Positions 48,594-62,638 of a DNA stretch of 64,000 bases are shown here, piece after piece (the stretch's first letter is position 1; each line of letters starts with the position of its first letter). Source of the DNA: Antedon mediterranea (Eukaryota > Animalia > Echinodermata); NCBI RefSeq assembly GCF_964355755.1, contig NC_092673.1, forward strand, positions 8,742,001-8,806,000, in the 5' to 3' direction. The position numbers and the translations under genes are program-made. The notes below the pieces were generated by a model. The model did not search any database and had not been told where the DNA came from. It saw only the letters and a program-made list of their open reading frames with translations.

Positions 48594-50831
48594 TGTACAG
48601 TCAAAGGTTTGAAAAGCTATGTTCACACATGCAAGTTAACAGCATTATCCACATAGAAAACCAGGCCAATATACTGCAGCCACCATGACCGAAACACTAT
48701 TTTTAATACTGATTTTAAACTAATAAATTAATACTAATACTTGGTGGTTATATGAAGGTTAAATTTCAACAATTTTATTTATTTTGAATAATACAATATG
48801 TAAATGGGAGCAAATATCTATGCAATTGTAGAAATGAACTTGAACTTCTATTAGTTTATTATGCATACAAAGCAAATGTCAAACAGCTTAATATATGGAA
48901 AACTCCTCAATTATTTCATTCAATACATGAAATCACTGTAATGTACAATAATGAAGTAAAAAAGAAATATTTTAAAAGAAATATTTTATAATTGTAATAT
49001 TGGGTTATTGTATGAATAAATTTAAAGTATATAACAATAAATATAGTAAATTTATATAAGTGTTTTTTATTATTATTTTACCATGAATGTTATATCAATA
49101 TTTTTAATATGAAAATACATTTATGTATGAAATTAAACATTTGAATTAATAATTCAATCAATGCAACTACACAAGTTTTTAAATTCTTATCTAAACATAT
49201 AATTATAATGCAAATCCAGCCACCCAGAGCAGATTTTTTCAGTAATTTCATTTTGATTTAAAATTATACTATAAAGAACATTTGACATTGAGTAATTAAT
49301 CAATTGTATGTAATGTGATATACCCACCAGTATCTTAGTACAGTAGTAATGTGTTGTGAAGCTGACTCAAAGAAACATGTACAGTATTCTACTACTTTTT
49401 AACAACTCTTTTATTCACAATTATACTATCTACAGTACATGACTCAATACTAATTGGTACAGGTGGTATAAAACCAGCTTATAGTACTGATAACAAATGT
49501 ATCATCTTCCTACTTTAAGTTTAAGTTTTACATAAATATACAAAGAATTAAACAATAGAACTTATTACAATACATCCTGCCTGCCAATTTATTTTCATAT
49601 AAGATTCTATGTATTAAGTAATAATTGTTTGTATGATGAAATGTTATATTTAAACTCGGCTTCACCTCGTTGAAATATACCTTTCATCATTCACCTCATG
49701 CCATTATTTGTACCATTACAATCATAAACATTTATTATTTGTTGGATATTTAATATATAATAAAAAATTATATATTTACAATGTATAATGGTACAAATAA
49801 TGGCATTCAGTGAATGATGAAAGGTTATATTTCACCTCATGCCATTATTTGTACATTTACACTCATAAACATTTATTATTTGTATAATAAACATTGATCC
49901 GGTCCAACTTTCTTAAATTAACATTCAAAGTAAACCGCAATAGCCAATCACAAATGAATCAGCAAAGAAATTGACAACAGATTGTATTGTATGGACCTAA
50001 TTTATAGGTCCATGTAAGACTAAAGTACAGTACAAAATTCTAATTATTTTTTAAAATGTGCTTGCAGTTGGTCAATTTCTTTTAGATGTTGAAAATTTGT
50101 ATATTATAATTAACTCGTGATTTGTCTGTTTTGGGTTGACCAACTAGCATAGTTGACCTCGTCTTTTTCCTTGTCCAATTTTTACTTGGCAGAAACAGTG
50201 GCGTAACGCACGGAGGCCCTGGTTTAAGGACCATAAGTGGCCTTCCAAATCTGGAGGCCTTGGGAGTTATTAGCCTTTTTAGACATTTTATTTTAATGCC
50301 TGTTGTTTTCTCTGGGCCCTGCTGGGGACCCTGGGGTTTGCCAGTGAGGGCTAATAACCGTTCAACTGAATAAATAAAATAAATATATTTACTACTCTAC
50401 TACAACATATAAAGAAAACATTAAATTTATAATTCTTGATTCTATTTATTATGAGAATAAAAACAATTTTAAAATGTCATTATAAAAATGCTTATTTTAC
50501 CGTGAATCATAATCTGATCAGCATAAAAGGAAACAATTCCCAAAACTTAAGTCATATTTTGAATATCTGAAAATAATAAAATATACACAAATTTAATTAG
50601 TATGGAAAGTCAATGCTGAGGCTGACTTCTGAAGCCACACCAATTTGGTCCTAATACATTTTAGCAGGACAGGGCTGTGAAAATATAATATCCAGTCAGT
50701 AGTAGTACATCTGACCTCAACAATGAAATTATGATCCTGTATGCATAAGCAAATATTTGTCTTATATAGGAGATGTATCGCTAAACCAATCTAAACATTA
50801 CATATTACCAAAATACAAACATTTTAATTAA

Positions 50832-51655
50832 AGCCACAAGACCTACATTTTTTTCCACCTACCTATAAATACTATATAGACCTATTGCAAATAATTGTTT
50901 TTGTCTTTAAATGGTTAAAAATGTAAAAAATATTCTAATAATTTAAGCGGCCGACTATAAATACCAGAATGCATCGCACGGATTGATTTTTCATATTGTG
51001 ATGTGATGCACCCACTTCGATCAAAGACAATTAATTCAGCAACGAGTCGGACTAGGCCTATATCTAGCGTATCATGTTCCTATGTTACTGCGGTTTACCA
51101 GCTAGGCCTACACTAAGCCTTAGCTGAGGTAGGCCTAAGACTGTCCACGAGAGGACATTCAATGCGAGCTACTTACTGTAGGTAGTGCATTGTTTCTCTC
51201 TTTTTATCAGTAATTAACCATAAAACATACTATTAAGATAAGGAATGACCTAGTTTAATGTTTTTTAAGGGCCTGTTTCTGCTGCATATCCTCAAAATAC
51301 GCCTTTCGATCCTCCAAAATGAGGTCAAGTTATTCCTTTCTTGCCCCAATTATAATTTGTTATCTTTGGCGATGTTGTAGCCTCTGCTTTCACAGTGTCC
51401 GTTTGTTTTGTTACTGACTAGTTTCAAAGACAAGTTCGCACCCCCATACTCTCATTTAATATTTGCTAAATTAAATCTGGCTCTTCTGTTTGAACTATAC
51501 GGTATACAAAATACGGTATATTTTTTATGGGCGCCGTTTCCGCTGACAAAAATATACCGTATATATACAGTATTTAAAAAAATCCAGTAGAAATAGGGAT
51601 CATGTAATATATACATTATTTTTACAAAACGTCAAAAATTGTAGGTCTTGTGTCT
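50832..51655. mobile_element. Kolobok-type MITE
   Basis: TTAA flanks; TIR AG(C/A)CACAAGACCTACA. Confidence 0.8.
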
Positions 51656-51676
51656 TTAAATGTTGCCCACCTTATT

Positions 51677-51781
51677 TCAGTTATCTTCATCTTTAAATTC
51701 TGCTTTTTTTTTGTAATATAATTTATAATTTGATTCCAATGTTCTGTGCTTAGTTTGTTCTTTAGCCGCAGCATCTCCATT
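51677..51781 (-). CDS. OS9: OS9 exon 7 (stop)
   Basis: NGDAAAKEQTKHRTLESNYKLYY...EDN*. Confidence 0.75.
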   Translation of the reverse strand, partial: NGDAAAKEQTKHRTLESNYKLYYKKKAEFKDEDN

Positions 51782-54700
51782 CTGTGGAAATATAATTTTA
51801 AAGAAACATATTGATTTCCCCATGCAAACCTTCAAACAATATACAGTATAACTTAATTTGGATACTGGTGGTAAAAACCTTTACCCTTACTGTTTCATTA
51901 AGATCATCAGTTCTATATTCTACAAGGTGTACTATCATTGTTCCATCATACCATGCCAAGAGATTAAAGGTTCTGGATGTCAATAGACCAGGCAGCCAAT
52001 ATTTAGATATGGTCAAGATTCGATAATCAAAATTTACACCAAACGCGAGGGGTAAAAATGGATTTAATCATGTGAAAAGAACCGATAAAAGTTGTTGGAC
52101 ATTGTCCTCATGTGTATACAATGTTAAAACAGCAATGGACAGTATCCCAATGTGTAACAGTTACAATGCAAAAGAAATATAGCCGTGTGGTACTTCGAAC
52201 GATTAAATCTTTTATGGCCCAACAGGCATTTTTGGGCTACTGTCTGGGGCAACTTACAGGATAAAGTAGCTGTCATTGCTCTTTTAACATTGTCTAAATA
52301 TATGGGACAATGTCCAACAACTTTTATCCATGTGTCTTCACATGATTAAATCCATTTTGTATCCCTCCTATTTGGTGTTCCCAGGGTAAATTTACAGGAT
52401 ATGACCTGGCACCAATTATGATTATTAAATCTTGGCCATATATCTACAAAATCATCCCATCAAACCTTTTGTGGCTTTCCGAATGAATAAACTATCTGGG
52501 CGGCCGGTCTATACAAATTTGACTTGACTGCATTATGACCAATCATAATATGTTCACCTCATGGCAGTAACATTTTATTTAATATAATGATAAATAAAAT
52601 GAATAACATACAAGGAGTACTTACTAATATTCCAAATATCATATTTTTAAAGTAAGTGCTTTCTTCTTCTGACAAAACTGTCATGCCATCATCCTCATTT
52701 TCTTCCTCATTGTCTTCAATTCTCAGAATATCTTCTCGTGGGTCAAAATTTAAAATTTTGATCTCAACATTTCCTTTAATAAACATAGATTAATTTTACA
52801 GTATATTATCATCATTTATATTTAAATTTTCAGGACAAAGGAGAATTAAAGACAATGAATGCAAATTTTGCAACAAAATAACATTCTCCCTATAGGGTTG
52901 TTATTACTATCATGTGCCAAATTCCATTCAATTCAACATTTATGCATAGAGGGAATCACAGAAAAGGGGTTAGGTTTAAGAGAAAAGAAATATCAAGTAG
53001 GAAGAAATACTCTCTATGGGTTGAAAGGACAATAACTAGTACTACTGTAGCATTACCATCATTATTATTTCATCATGTTATTATTACTATCATTATCAAC
53101 ATCTTTACTATCATAATTATACTCCTATCTGCTACATAAAGTGGAAGGATAGACATGGTTAGGTTCAAAACAGATGAATTAAGGCGGAATTATACCGACT
53201 CCCAAATACTACAGAATTTCCCTTTTAAGCATGTAATTATTATTATCAGCTTAACTACTATTATTAGTATCATTATTATTAGCTAATAACAACTGTACCA
53301 TCTGTTGATATGCCTTCGTTTTCAAGTTGTTCTTGAACAGCATCTTCTATTTTACGATGATCGCTATCATAAACCTCAGTCTGAGATTCCACATTAGATT
53401 TCTTGCCAACATCAATCTTAGTAACTTTGACTTTTATTTTGTTATTTGGAATTTGAAGGACTGTTTCATCGACATCTAGAATACAAAAAAAATAATAAAA
53501 CATAATTGAAGTAAAGAGGTTGAAACCATGTAGTGGATTTCAGAAAGATCTGGGATTTATGGTAGAAAATCTTTGCTATAGTTTTCCACAGTGAGGGATG
53601 ATGAATAAAGTTTTACTTTGATTAATTAATTTTGCTAGAATGTTCTATCTAGTAAATTTTGAGGCTGTTATAATTTATTTAAATGAGGTGATAGTTTTAT
53701 TGGATCATTTTATCGAGGACATGTGTGACACTGGGCCATAGTTGCCATTTCTGACATTATTATGTTTTTTGGCATTGTTTGGAGGCCGACGGCATCTGGC
53801 AGAATGCCGCATTATTAAGGTATTTTTTCAGTTACATAATTGCAGTACTGGTATCAGTCATTTTCACTTGGAACCATATAGTCCACTACAAAGTAAAACA
53901 ATTTCTATTCACTCTATTATCTAGCAACCCATTGCTATTGAGTTTGAGTTAATAAATATATGCATGGAGAAATATATGTGGCTACCGAACCCACAAAAAA
54001 AATGAAAAAAGGTTCACTTTTTTTGTACATTACTAAGAAATATATAATATAATATTTTTTATTCGTAAATGTTTCATTCGTGTGTTTTTTTACTCTCAAC
54101 GGCGAATATAAATTTCCCACAATGTAAACGTAGAGACACGATCCAACACAATGAACTATGCCAACTAATAAAAATAATATAGCGAACGTCCAGTCGATCC
54201 AAAAACATGCATCGTAAACAATTCATTCTAAATATAGTATCAGAACGTTCAATTGGTCGCTCAAAAAGACTGCCGACAGAAGACCGTAATTAATACAGAC
54301 CTAGTTTTTTGGTCACATGTCATGAAACGCGATACTCTGTTTTACCACCGCAAACCTCTCGCGTGGCTACAAAAAAACAGAGTACTTGTACCTGAATTTT
54401 GCGTCTCATGAAACGTAATACAGCTCTAAACTGTTCCCACTATTCGCACGTTTTCCCCCTCCAAATTCTGGTCGGGCCTTTTATCGTAATAATAATTTAC
54501 AAAGGCCTATGTTAAATCTTAACATGGAATATATATTTATTTTGCATATATTTTGTTGGTGTGCTAGCCAAGGTGTTGTTTTTATAATTCGCTAAACCAA
54601 GGTAGAATTGAATGGCCGGATTGAATCATGTAGGCCGCCGAAACTCTCTCTGCGTGAGTTGAGGGCCTCGGGCCCGATTTCGTCTCGTCGGCGGATGTCC

Positions 54701-57700
54701 TGCCAAATTAGGACAACCAATGTGTAGGGCGGCTACAAAAATTAACGTCTTCTAGGATTTTAATTAGCCAACAATACATGCTTGTTTCCATTGTTCATGC
54801 TCCTAAAGGCGATGACATTGGTGTATCGACGCGTAGATATTATCATAAACAATACATCGTAGGCAACGAACAATACTTTGTAAATTGCAGGATAAGTTTA
54901 GAGAACAATGACCTACGATCTATTTACGCGTAGGCTACGAAAGGTAAGTAAAGTATATACAAACCAGTAATTTCTTTCTGTACCGTAAAAAAAATAGATC
55001 TTGCTTGAATATAAGTGGCGCATCAGGACCAGTGCCCCTAAAATGTGCATAACCCAATGCCCAATAACCCAACCTATAATTACTTAAAAAGCCCCCCCCC
55101 CCCCCCCATTTTTATACATGAAAATGTGCTACTAAAACAATTGGTGGTGCTACCAAAAATTATTATGAGCCATCATACAAATTTGATAGTGCTACCAAGT
55201 AAAAAAGTTAATTTGCAGCCCTGTTCTGTAAAGCCCAACATTTCTGTGGCCCTAAATATTCGCGATTTTACATTTACAATTTGGCGAACCAAATTGGCAA
55301 ATGTATTGTGTAATTGTCAAACAATTGAATTAGCGTCAGTAAAATGACTGAATATGCAATTGTAAATTAGGGATGTAAATAAATGTTTTGACTACACAGT
55401 GGTTGAGGCTCTCCCCTAAAATTAATGTACTCTACCAAGTTTTTGTTTGTTTCTACAATTCAACAACGAACGACGATAGCCGGATCATGGACGGAGGAAT
55501 CTCAACACAAACACGATGTGTGTGGGGCGATGTAATTTTTGCGAACATGGGATAATTACTTTACGGACACAATACAGCATATTAAATGATTTAATGGAGA
55601 AAGGATTCATCAACCAAGTAAATTATACATTTAATAAAAAATTACCTTACGTTGTAAGCTTTTTTATTCCAATTCCTCTCGACCGCTGAGGAATTTCATC
55701 TCATTCTGGAGATTTTATACTTATTTTACTCTTTGCATTTTAATAATTTTGGTCAATATTTTATATAGGCTATGTCATTATCTTACCTTCTTTCTTTGTA
55801 ATACTTTCTGTGTACTGCATCTGACCAAGTGCAGGAAAGCAAAGTATAGATCGAGCCTTTAGGCTTGGAGGAGGGCGGAGATATGGATGGTGACAAATTC
55901 TTGTTGTTTGCACAGTTACAATATAAACACAAGACTCTGGTTCATTTACTCGTATAACTGCATCGCCCTCGCCCTCTGAACAAACAAACTGAAAATGAAT
56001 GAGGATTTATACATAATACATTACACTTTTGTGTAGTAATGTCAGTGTTCCATGAGGCTGGCTGAGCTCTGTCTGCATATTGTCTTTTTTAATTACAGTA
56101 AGTATGATTTAATAGTAGTTGAAAAAATGGGCATAATGTGATTTATAATTTAATAACACTATGTTAGATTTTGTGTATTTTTGCGATTAACCAACACATT
56201 TTTATTTTGTTACACGTTTCCATGGTAAAAAAAACATATTTTCCATTAATTATTAAAAATTGTGTATTTATAGTATACAATTAACTAGTGAAAAAATGGG
56301 CATAATGTGATTCATAATTAAAGAACTATCTTTGATTTGTATGTATTTTTGCGATTAAAGGACATCTTTTTAACAATTAATCATAAATATATCTGAAGAA
56401 AGAACAATGATTAATTTTAAAATGTCAAGCGGCGTTTTTTGTAAGAAATATTTCTTGTTTTATATACTGTATCTTACTTTAGAGATTTTGTGTACCGATT
56501 ATTTTTTTCATAATGTAACTTATTTCATAATGATCACTAGTGATCACTAATCCGTGACATCATTTATACGCCAGTTTGTGAAATCACATTATCAATCATA
56601 TCGCCATAACTCATCATCACATGTCTATCAAATTCACTATACATAAATTTAGGTCAAGCGAAAAAAAAATATTAGCAATTAAAAAAGTATCACATGTTAA
56701 AAATTTAAAATACTCAAAATGAAGTTTTGATCAATTTAAAGCATGAATTAGGGAATTTGCGCAGATTTTCTCTCACATTTTAATATGTGCTTACTCAACC
56801 AATTATCTTTCTCATGAATTGCAACGATTTTCATTTTGATGAATTGAGTACGTAGGTCGTATAAATTCAACTACGCCATTTGACCCTGTAATTGTTGTTT
56901 AAATAATAAAACACTCTTGAATACTTAAACGATTTTCAATTATCATTATGAAGTACATATAATGGCTTGAAAATTTACATTTATTTTCATACCACTGGGT
57001 TTAGACAATATTACTAAAGTGGGAGAAAAACAAAAATATTAATTTACTGTAAAAGAACACTTTAAATACTTACCCTGACTTCAGCCATTCTGGCCTTTCC
57101 ATTTAGATCACATTCTGTACCATTGACATAAGTATGGCTATGATAACGATTTAATTTGTGGCGTTTTGCATCCTTATGTGTACTATTACTCCAATCCATC
57201 TGTGATTCATAATGTCCTAAGTATATTATTTCTCCTTGTATCAAATCGTTTTCCATGTGATACTGTTTGACATCTTTGCCATAGCAAAATTCATATGACC
57301 ACCATCCTTGTGTCTAAAAATAAGACCAGTTATGACCCAAAATATTATTATTATTATCGTTATGTATATATGTATGATACAGATGGACACAATTGAAATG
57401 AAATGGAATCCATGAACACACACATAAGGCAGAGGAAGAAATATAACCAGATGCATATTCCCTGTATATTTCCAGCATACCAGTTCTGTGAGAAAAGGGC
57501 TAAAGAGTTTAAAAAATGTAAAATACCATTTTTATGCAAGGTGCATCTTCCATTGGTTTCAGTAACTCAGATATACCTATTTCAGATGCAACTCGTTCTT
57601 CTTCTTGGCTCTTTTCAAAATCTGATAAATCCGGCAGTTGGCATTCATAGCTTTGTCCAAACTTTGAATTCACATATAAAACTTCTTTTTCCAATGGCTA

Positions 57701-60700
57701 GTAAAAACAAAATATATTTTAAAATATTTAGATGTTTTATATCATGATTTATCTATTAATTTAGTTTAATAGGAGTATTAGCAAACTCAAAGTACAAGTT
57801 GATTCCTAAACGAGAGTGGTGACCCAGTCCCATTAGACCGCCTTGAATCCTGCACACATAAATCCAAATAAATTATATTTTAAGAAGTCTTACTGTATAG
57901 AGGCAACCAAAATGTATGTAAATTGTAAGGCAACTAAAAATTAAAAGGGTCGGTCTTGATGAGCAACCAGGTAAATCAAATTACAAAAAATGTTGTGGAT
58001 TACAACAATATAATACAGTCCAGATCTCGATCAGAAAAAAATTGAGAAATTGAATCTAAAACGATTGAGTCCAATGAATAAGACAATCTGGCCCATTGGC
58101 CTACTGATGTACAGAACAAAAATATAATCTTAAAGTAAACTACTGTATACAGTAGTACGCAAGTATAGTATAGAAATAGTAGTATTCAAATCCCCTTTCC
58201 CGGGGATTGTATAGTCATAGTGACACATCCATACAATTGACAAGTACATTTGGCGAAAGCACTCTATTTAATTAATTTACATACAAATTTAAGCAGTACA
58301 GCAACCGAATTGATTGAGTACCTTTAGCTAGCCTAGGCCTACTAGTCTGACTCCGATCATCCATGGGCCCGATCATTTGACAATATAGCCTATACGGATT
58401 CCAGTCAAAGTCCGTCCTTACAGAGTCTCCCCATCGCAAAGTCACCCCAAAACAAAGTCGCCCCGGCAAAGTCACCCCATCGCAAAGTCGCCCCTTATGT
58501 TAAAATAGTTTTAAATTAAAATATAGTTATTTATTTATTTTTTATTGGTAATGGAAAATATTTTACAAAGAAGTAGTAATAGTAGTTTTGCAAGGTTCTA
58601 AAAGATTACCAGTGATTTAATGTTTTGAAAATGTTAATTAATTTAAGAGCCTGCCTAATACGTATTTTTAAACCACAATTTGCACAAACAGCTCTATAGT
58701 AGTTTTAGGATAAATTTGAGTGTACAAATCTTAGTTCATACTTAATTTTGCATGCAAAGTGTTATCACAAAGAGTTTCAAAAGAGAAAATCATATCAGTT
58801 TGTAACATTATTTTAGTATATTATCTCCATTAAGAATGCGTTTTGTGATGCAGATTGCATATTATATAAATTTATCTCCATGTCTGTCTTCTACAGGTAG
58901 CCCTACAGCTCTTTCCCTAACTACAGTATGCAGCCATATGTCTACACTAGGACTTTCTATAAACACTAGCATCCAACAGAAAAAGAAATAATGACAAATC
59001 TTTGCAATTTGTTTGTTTCATCACACAATTTATTAATCATAATCTCAAATTTATTTACTCTGTTGTTCCTTTGTACATTTTTGATTTAATTAAGTTTAAC
59101 CGTGACCAGCTTTCATTTAATTACAGGTGTCGACTTCGCTCCTCTAATGGTCCCACCCGACTTTTCGTTCCACGATCTAATCAGAAAAAGCTGGTGACAA
59201 TGCGTTTTCTGTCGCTGCTCCGCAGATCTGGAACGCGCTACCTGTCGATTTGAGAGGAGCGAATTCGGCACCTCTATTTAAACGTCAACTTTTCTTTTTA
59301 ATTAATTACTAAGTATTGTTAGGCGCTCTGTTCTTTGTAGGGCGCCATATAAAAACCTGTATAGAATAGAATAGAATAATCGGTACTGAAAGTTGAAACT
59401 ATCATTCCAAAAATGTATGTTATAATCAGCTGAATATATGGTAGTAGTAGTAATGCACTACGGCATTTCCTAGATTTATTTATACAGTATATTACTCTAT
59501 AATTAGGCATAGCCTAGGCCTACACGAAAATAAATAAATAAATAAATGTTTTAGCTGATCAAATCTACTATGACGATAGCTAGCTAGTTAGTAGTACTAG
59601 TAGCCTAAACCACAGTACAGTAGGCCTATCAGTAATAATATTCTACACCAAATAAAATTGGGAAAAAAACTTTAAAACAATAGTGCACATTGTAATAAAA
59701 TAAAGTATGCATTACTAGCATTGCATGCAAAATAGGCTAGAAAGATGTTTCATGCATATGGTAATAAAGCTAGGCTAGTATTTATTAAAAACCTACACAC
59801 TATTCACTTGAGCGGACTTTATACAGTATACGGTCATCGTGGTGAAACATCCTTTGTTTACACACGTCGTACGCTAGAAGCATTTATATTCAGGCAGAGA
59901 AAACATTGAAAATGAACAGTTCTAACTTTACTAGCCTACACAGTGTATTACTAAAACAATTTCAGCATATAAAACCGATCTGATTTATAAAATGATTTTA
60001 TTTTATTTTATTTTATTTCATACTCATCCAACTGTTCCAACAGCGAGTAACCCGCCAATTACAGGATGGATAAACTATTTAATAATTTCACAAGACAAAC
60101 ATATACACAAGATGCTCTACATAAAGAAAGACTTATTATTAAGTCTTTGGGAGTGGAGTTGTAAATTGTCATGAGAAAAAAAACCCTGACATATGACAGG
60201 ACTTGAACCCAGGACCCTTAGATTGGTAGCCAAGCATCATAACCACCAAGCCACAGCTCCACTCAATTTTCACATATTACGTGAATAAAGTTAACAGCAA
60301 CAAAGTCTTTTTTAATTCAACTTTACTCTATTGTCTAAATTTGTATTATTATGATTAAATTCGGCTTTCAAAAATCAACATTTTCAGATTCAGATAAAAT
60401 TTATTCAGATAATAATGAATGATCATATACAAAATAGAAAAAAAAATATTAAAGTGAACATAGATAAAGCAGTAATTGGTAGTGATTAATATCTTGGATC
60501 CCTTCTAGAAGTTTAAAACTTGTTTTGCAGGGACCCACAAACAAAACACATTACAAAAAAAATAAAAATAAACCTAGAGTATATAATTATATAATTCAAA
60601 ATAAAAATTAATAACATAACTAACATCTTCTTTATCAAAATTAATTAAAATTATATTTCTATATTTTCATGATATAAATGAGTACCGACTTCGGTAAATG

Positions 60701-62638
60701 AAGAAAATATATACACATATAAATACATACACATATACATATGGTTACAATAAGTAAATGGAGTAAGTAAAGATTAAAGATTGCAATAATAAACAACTAA
60801 TATTTTATGTGTAAACTTAAATAGGAGTGTAAATAATGATAATAAGCGTATTAACTAAGCTGTATAATATTTAGATATATAATGATTCTTAAATTTTTTC
60901 GGAAAGTAAATAATGATATTGACGTTTTGATATTTGGCGGGATATGGTTCCACAAAAAGTCTGTTAATAATACTAATAGATCTTGATATTTTTTTCGAAA
61001 TGTAATTTTGATGACTGGTCCATTTGAGGTTTTCATGAATATTATACACCTTAAAAAAGTGTTTCAGTTTTACGTTCAATTTGAATTCCATCAAAAAGTA
61101 TATTGAGGTTATCAACTTTCAGTTTATGTTGAGAATTTTGAAAAATTAAATAATTTGTTTTAATTTAATGAATAAGTAATTTGTTTGAAATAAACCAGTC
61201 AAAAAATTGTGTTAATTCATCATTGAATGAAGTAAATATTAAATCAATATTAGAATTAGAATAAAATAAGGTGGTTGTCATCGGCGAAGGATATTACCTG
61301 CATTTTGTCACGGACATTAGCCAGATCATAAACATGAAGAGCAATGGCCCAAGCACAGATCCCTGTGGCACTCCACAAGTAATATCCATCGTTGACGATG
61401 TACAAGATCCTAATGCAACATTATTGTTTTCTATCTTTAAAATAACCAATTCAATGAAATCCCTCTAATTCCATAGCACTCAAGTTTTTTAATTAAATTA
61501 TCGTGATTAATAAAATCGAAGGCTATATCTTTAAAATAATAAAAAGCCCTCCACATCAGTCCGAACAACAACCAGGTTTGTAATTTACATCACAAAATGC
61601 ATTAGAAAAAGTTAGTTTAGAACATTTTTCAGCAATGTGACACCTGCCTCCAGATCCGACTGGTCTAGCCTAGAGTAGCCTACTAGGGCCTCTAACTAGA
61701 TAGGCCTATGCCGAGAACTCAATTATAAACTAGGCCTAGGCCTCCCTATACGCTTGCTTATCTGGCTCAATGTTAATACTATCGGGCCCAACAATTAAGA
61801 CAATCGGGCCCAACGCCTAACTAACAGGATCGGGCACATACAAAAAATGAGCCCGATCATCTTTTCACCGCCCTCATCATACATAGATAGCCGAGATTGT
61901 CGGCGGCCGAGATTGTCGGCGGCCGAGATTGTCGGCGGCCGAGATTGTCGGCGGCCGAGATTGTCGGCGGCCGAGATTGTCGGCGGCCGAGATTGTCGGC
62001 GGCCGAGATTGTCGGCGGCCGAGATTGTCGGCGGCCGAGATTGTCGGCGGCCGAGATTGTCGGCGGCCGAGATTGTCGGCGGCCGAGATTGTCGGCGGCC
62101 GAGATTGTCGGCGGCCGAGATTGTCGGCGGCCGAGATTGTCGGCGGCCGAGATTGTCGGCGGCCGAGATTGTCGGCGGCCGAGATTGTCGGCGGCCGAGA
62201 TTGTCGGCGGCCGAGATTGTCGGCGGCCGAGATTGTCGGCGGCCGAGATTGTCGGCGGCCGAGATTGTCGGCGGCCGAGATTGTCGGCGGCCGAGATTGT
62301 CGGCGGCCGAGATTGTCGGCGGCCGAGATTGTCGGCGGCCGAGATGGATCTAACCCGATAGCCTCTACTAGCTAGGCCTAGGGCCAGGCTAGGCCTAGGC
62401 CCTATCTAACTAGGCCTAGGCCTCTAGGCCTAGGCCTAGGCTAGTTAGTAGGCTAGGCTAGGCCTAACTAAGATGTTGTTAATATAGTAAAATATGCTAG
62501 GCTACTCACTCTTCCTAATAAAACAGGTACATTATGAATACTTAAATCAAAATGTAAATTTTGCAATTCTTCAAGATCCACCATTGCAACACAACATTGA
62601 AATAATAACAAAAATATGCTGAAAAATGCATTCGCCAT
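51677..62638 (-). CDS. OS9: Protein OS-9 (ER lectin, MRH/PRKCSH domain), 7 coding exons, ~390 aa
   Basis: Exons 62638-62510 (signal peptide, VDLEELQNLHFDL), 57697-57527 (SKFGQSYECQLP), 57313-57074 (GWWSYEFCYG..QYH..NGTECDL), 55988-55787 (EPESCVY..ICHHP), 53475-53299, 52773-52625 (GNVEIKI), 51781-51677 (LESNY). All GT-AG with consistent phases. Extra low-complexity exons cannot be excluded. Confidence 0.88.
51975..52520. mobile_element. Foldback MITE in OS9 intron
   Basis: AAAATGGATTTAATCATGTGAA..GATAAAAGTTGTTGGACATTGTCC is inverted at ~52305-52360; the outer arms also match. Confidence 0.7.
52625..52773 (-). CDS. OS9: OS9 exon 6
   Basis: NVEIKIL...LSEEESTYFKNMIFGIL followed by GTAAGT. Confidence 0.78.
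53299..53475 (-). CDS. OS9: OS9 exon 5
   Basis: Acidic exon ...VQEQLENEGISTD; phase-compatible splice sites. Confidence 0.75.
55787..55988 (-). CDS. OS9: OS9 exon 4
   Basis: FVCSEGEGDAVIRVNEPESCVYIVTV...CFPAL. Confidence 0.88.
57074..57313 (-). CDS. OS9: OS9 exon 3 (MRH domain)
   Basis: TQGWWSYEFCYGKDVKQYH...ARMAEVR. Confidence 0.9.
57527..57697 (-). CDS. OS9: OS9 exon 2
   Basis: PLEKEVLYVNSKFGQSYEC...APCIKM. Confidence 0.88.
59040..59378 (+). mobile_element. L2-group LINE 3' fragment
   Basis: GDNAFSVAAPQIWNALPVDLR-type terminus and (TAGAA)n tail. Confidence 0.7.
60085..60260 (-). mobile_element. tRNA-derived SINE
   Basis: On -: GGAGCTGTGGCTTGGTGG (A box) ... GGTTCAAGTCC (B box), followed by a non-tRNA body shared with the 47836 copy. 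Confidence 0.7.
60400..61560 (-). mobile_element. Degenerate LINE RT fragment
   Basis: CGVPQGSVLGPLLF at ~61335-61378, FADDN, and WNHIPPNIK C-terminus. Confidence 0.72.
61890..62345. repeat. Perfect 16-bp tandem array (GCCGAGATTGTCGGCG) x ~28.5
   Basis: Directly visible; no variant units seen. Confidence 0.98.
62510..62638 (-). CDS. OS9: OS9 exon 1
   Basis: MANAFFSIFLLLFQCCVAMVDLEELQ...LLGR followed by GTGAGT. Confidence 0.85.

Noticed and set aside
55645-55735. Extra OS9 exon with a GTAATT donor
   Set aside because: The candidate acceptor gives an immediate stop in the required phase, and exon 4 joins exon 5 in frame without it.
60190-60260. Possible tRNA gene
   Set aside because: A and B boxes are present, but the acceptor stem is poor and the downstream body is shared with a second copy, so it is a SINE head.
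58385-62367. Single 4-kb TIR element bounded by ATAGCCT(A/C)TA
   Set aside because: The ends share only CGG.TT, the subterminal repeats differ, and TAGCCTA-like words are very common here.
61847-62375. Three overlapping repetitive ORFs, and a possible CRISPR-like array
   Set aside because: A 16-bp tandem repeat without stops. There are no unique spacers or cas genes, and it lies in a eukaryotic intron.
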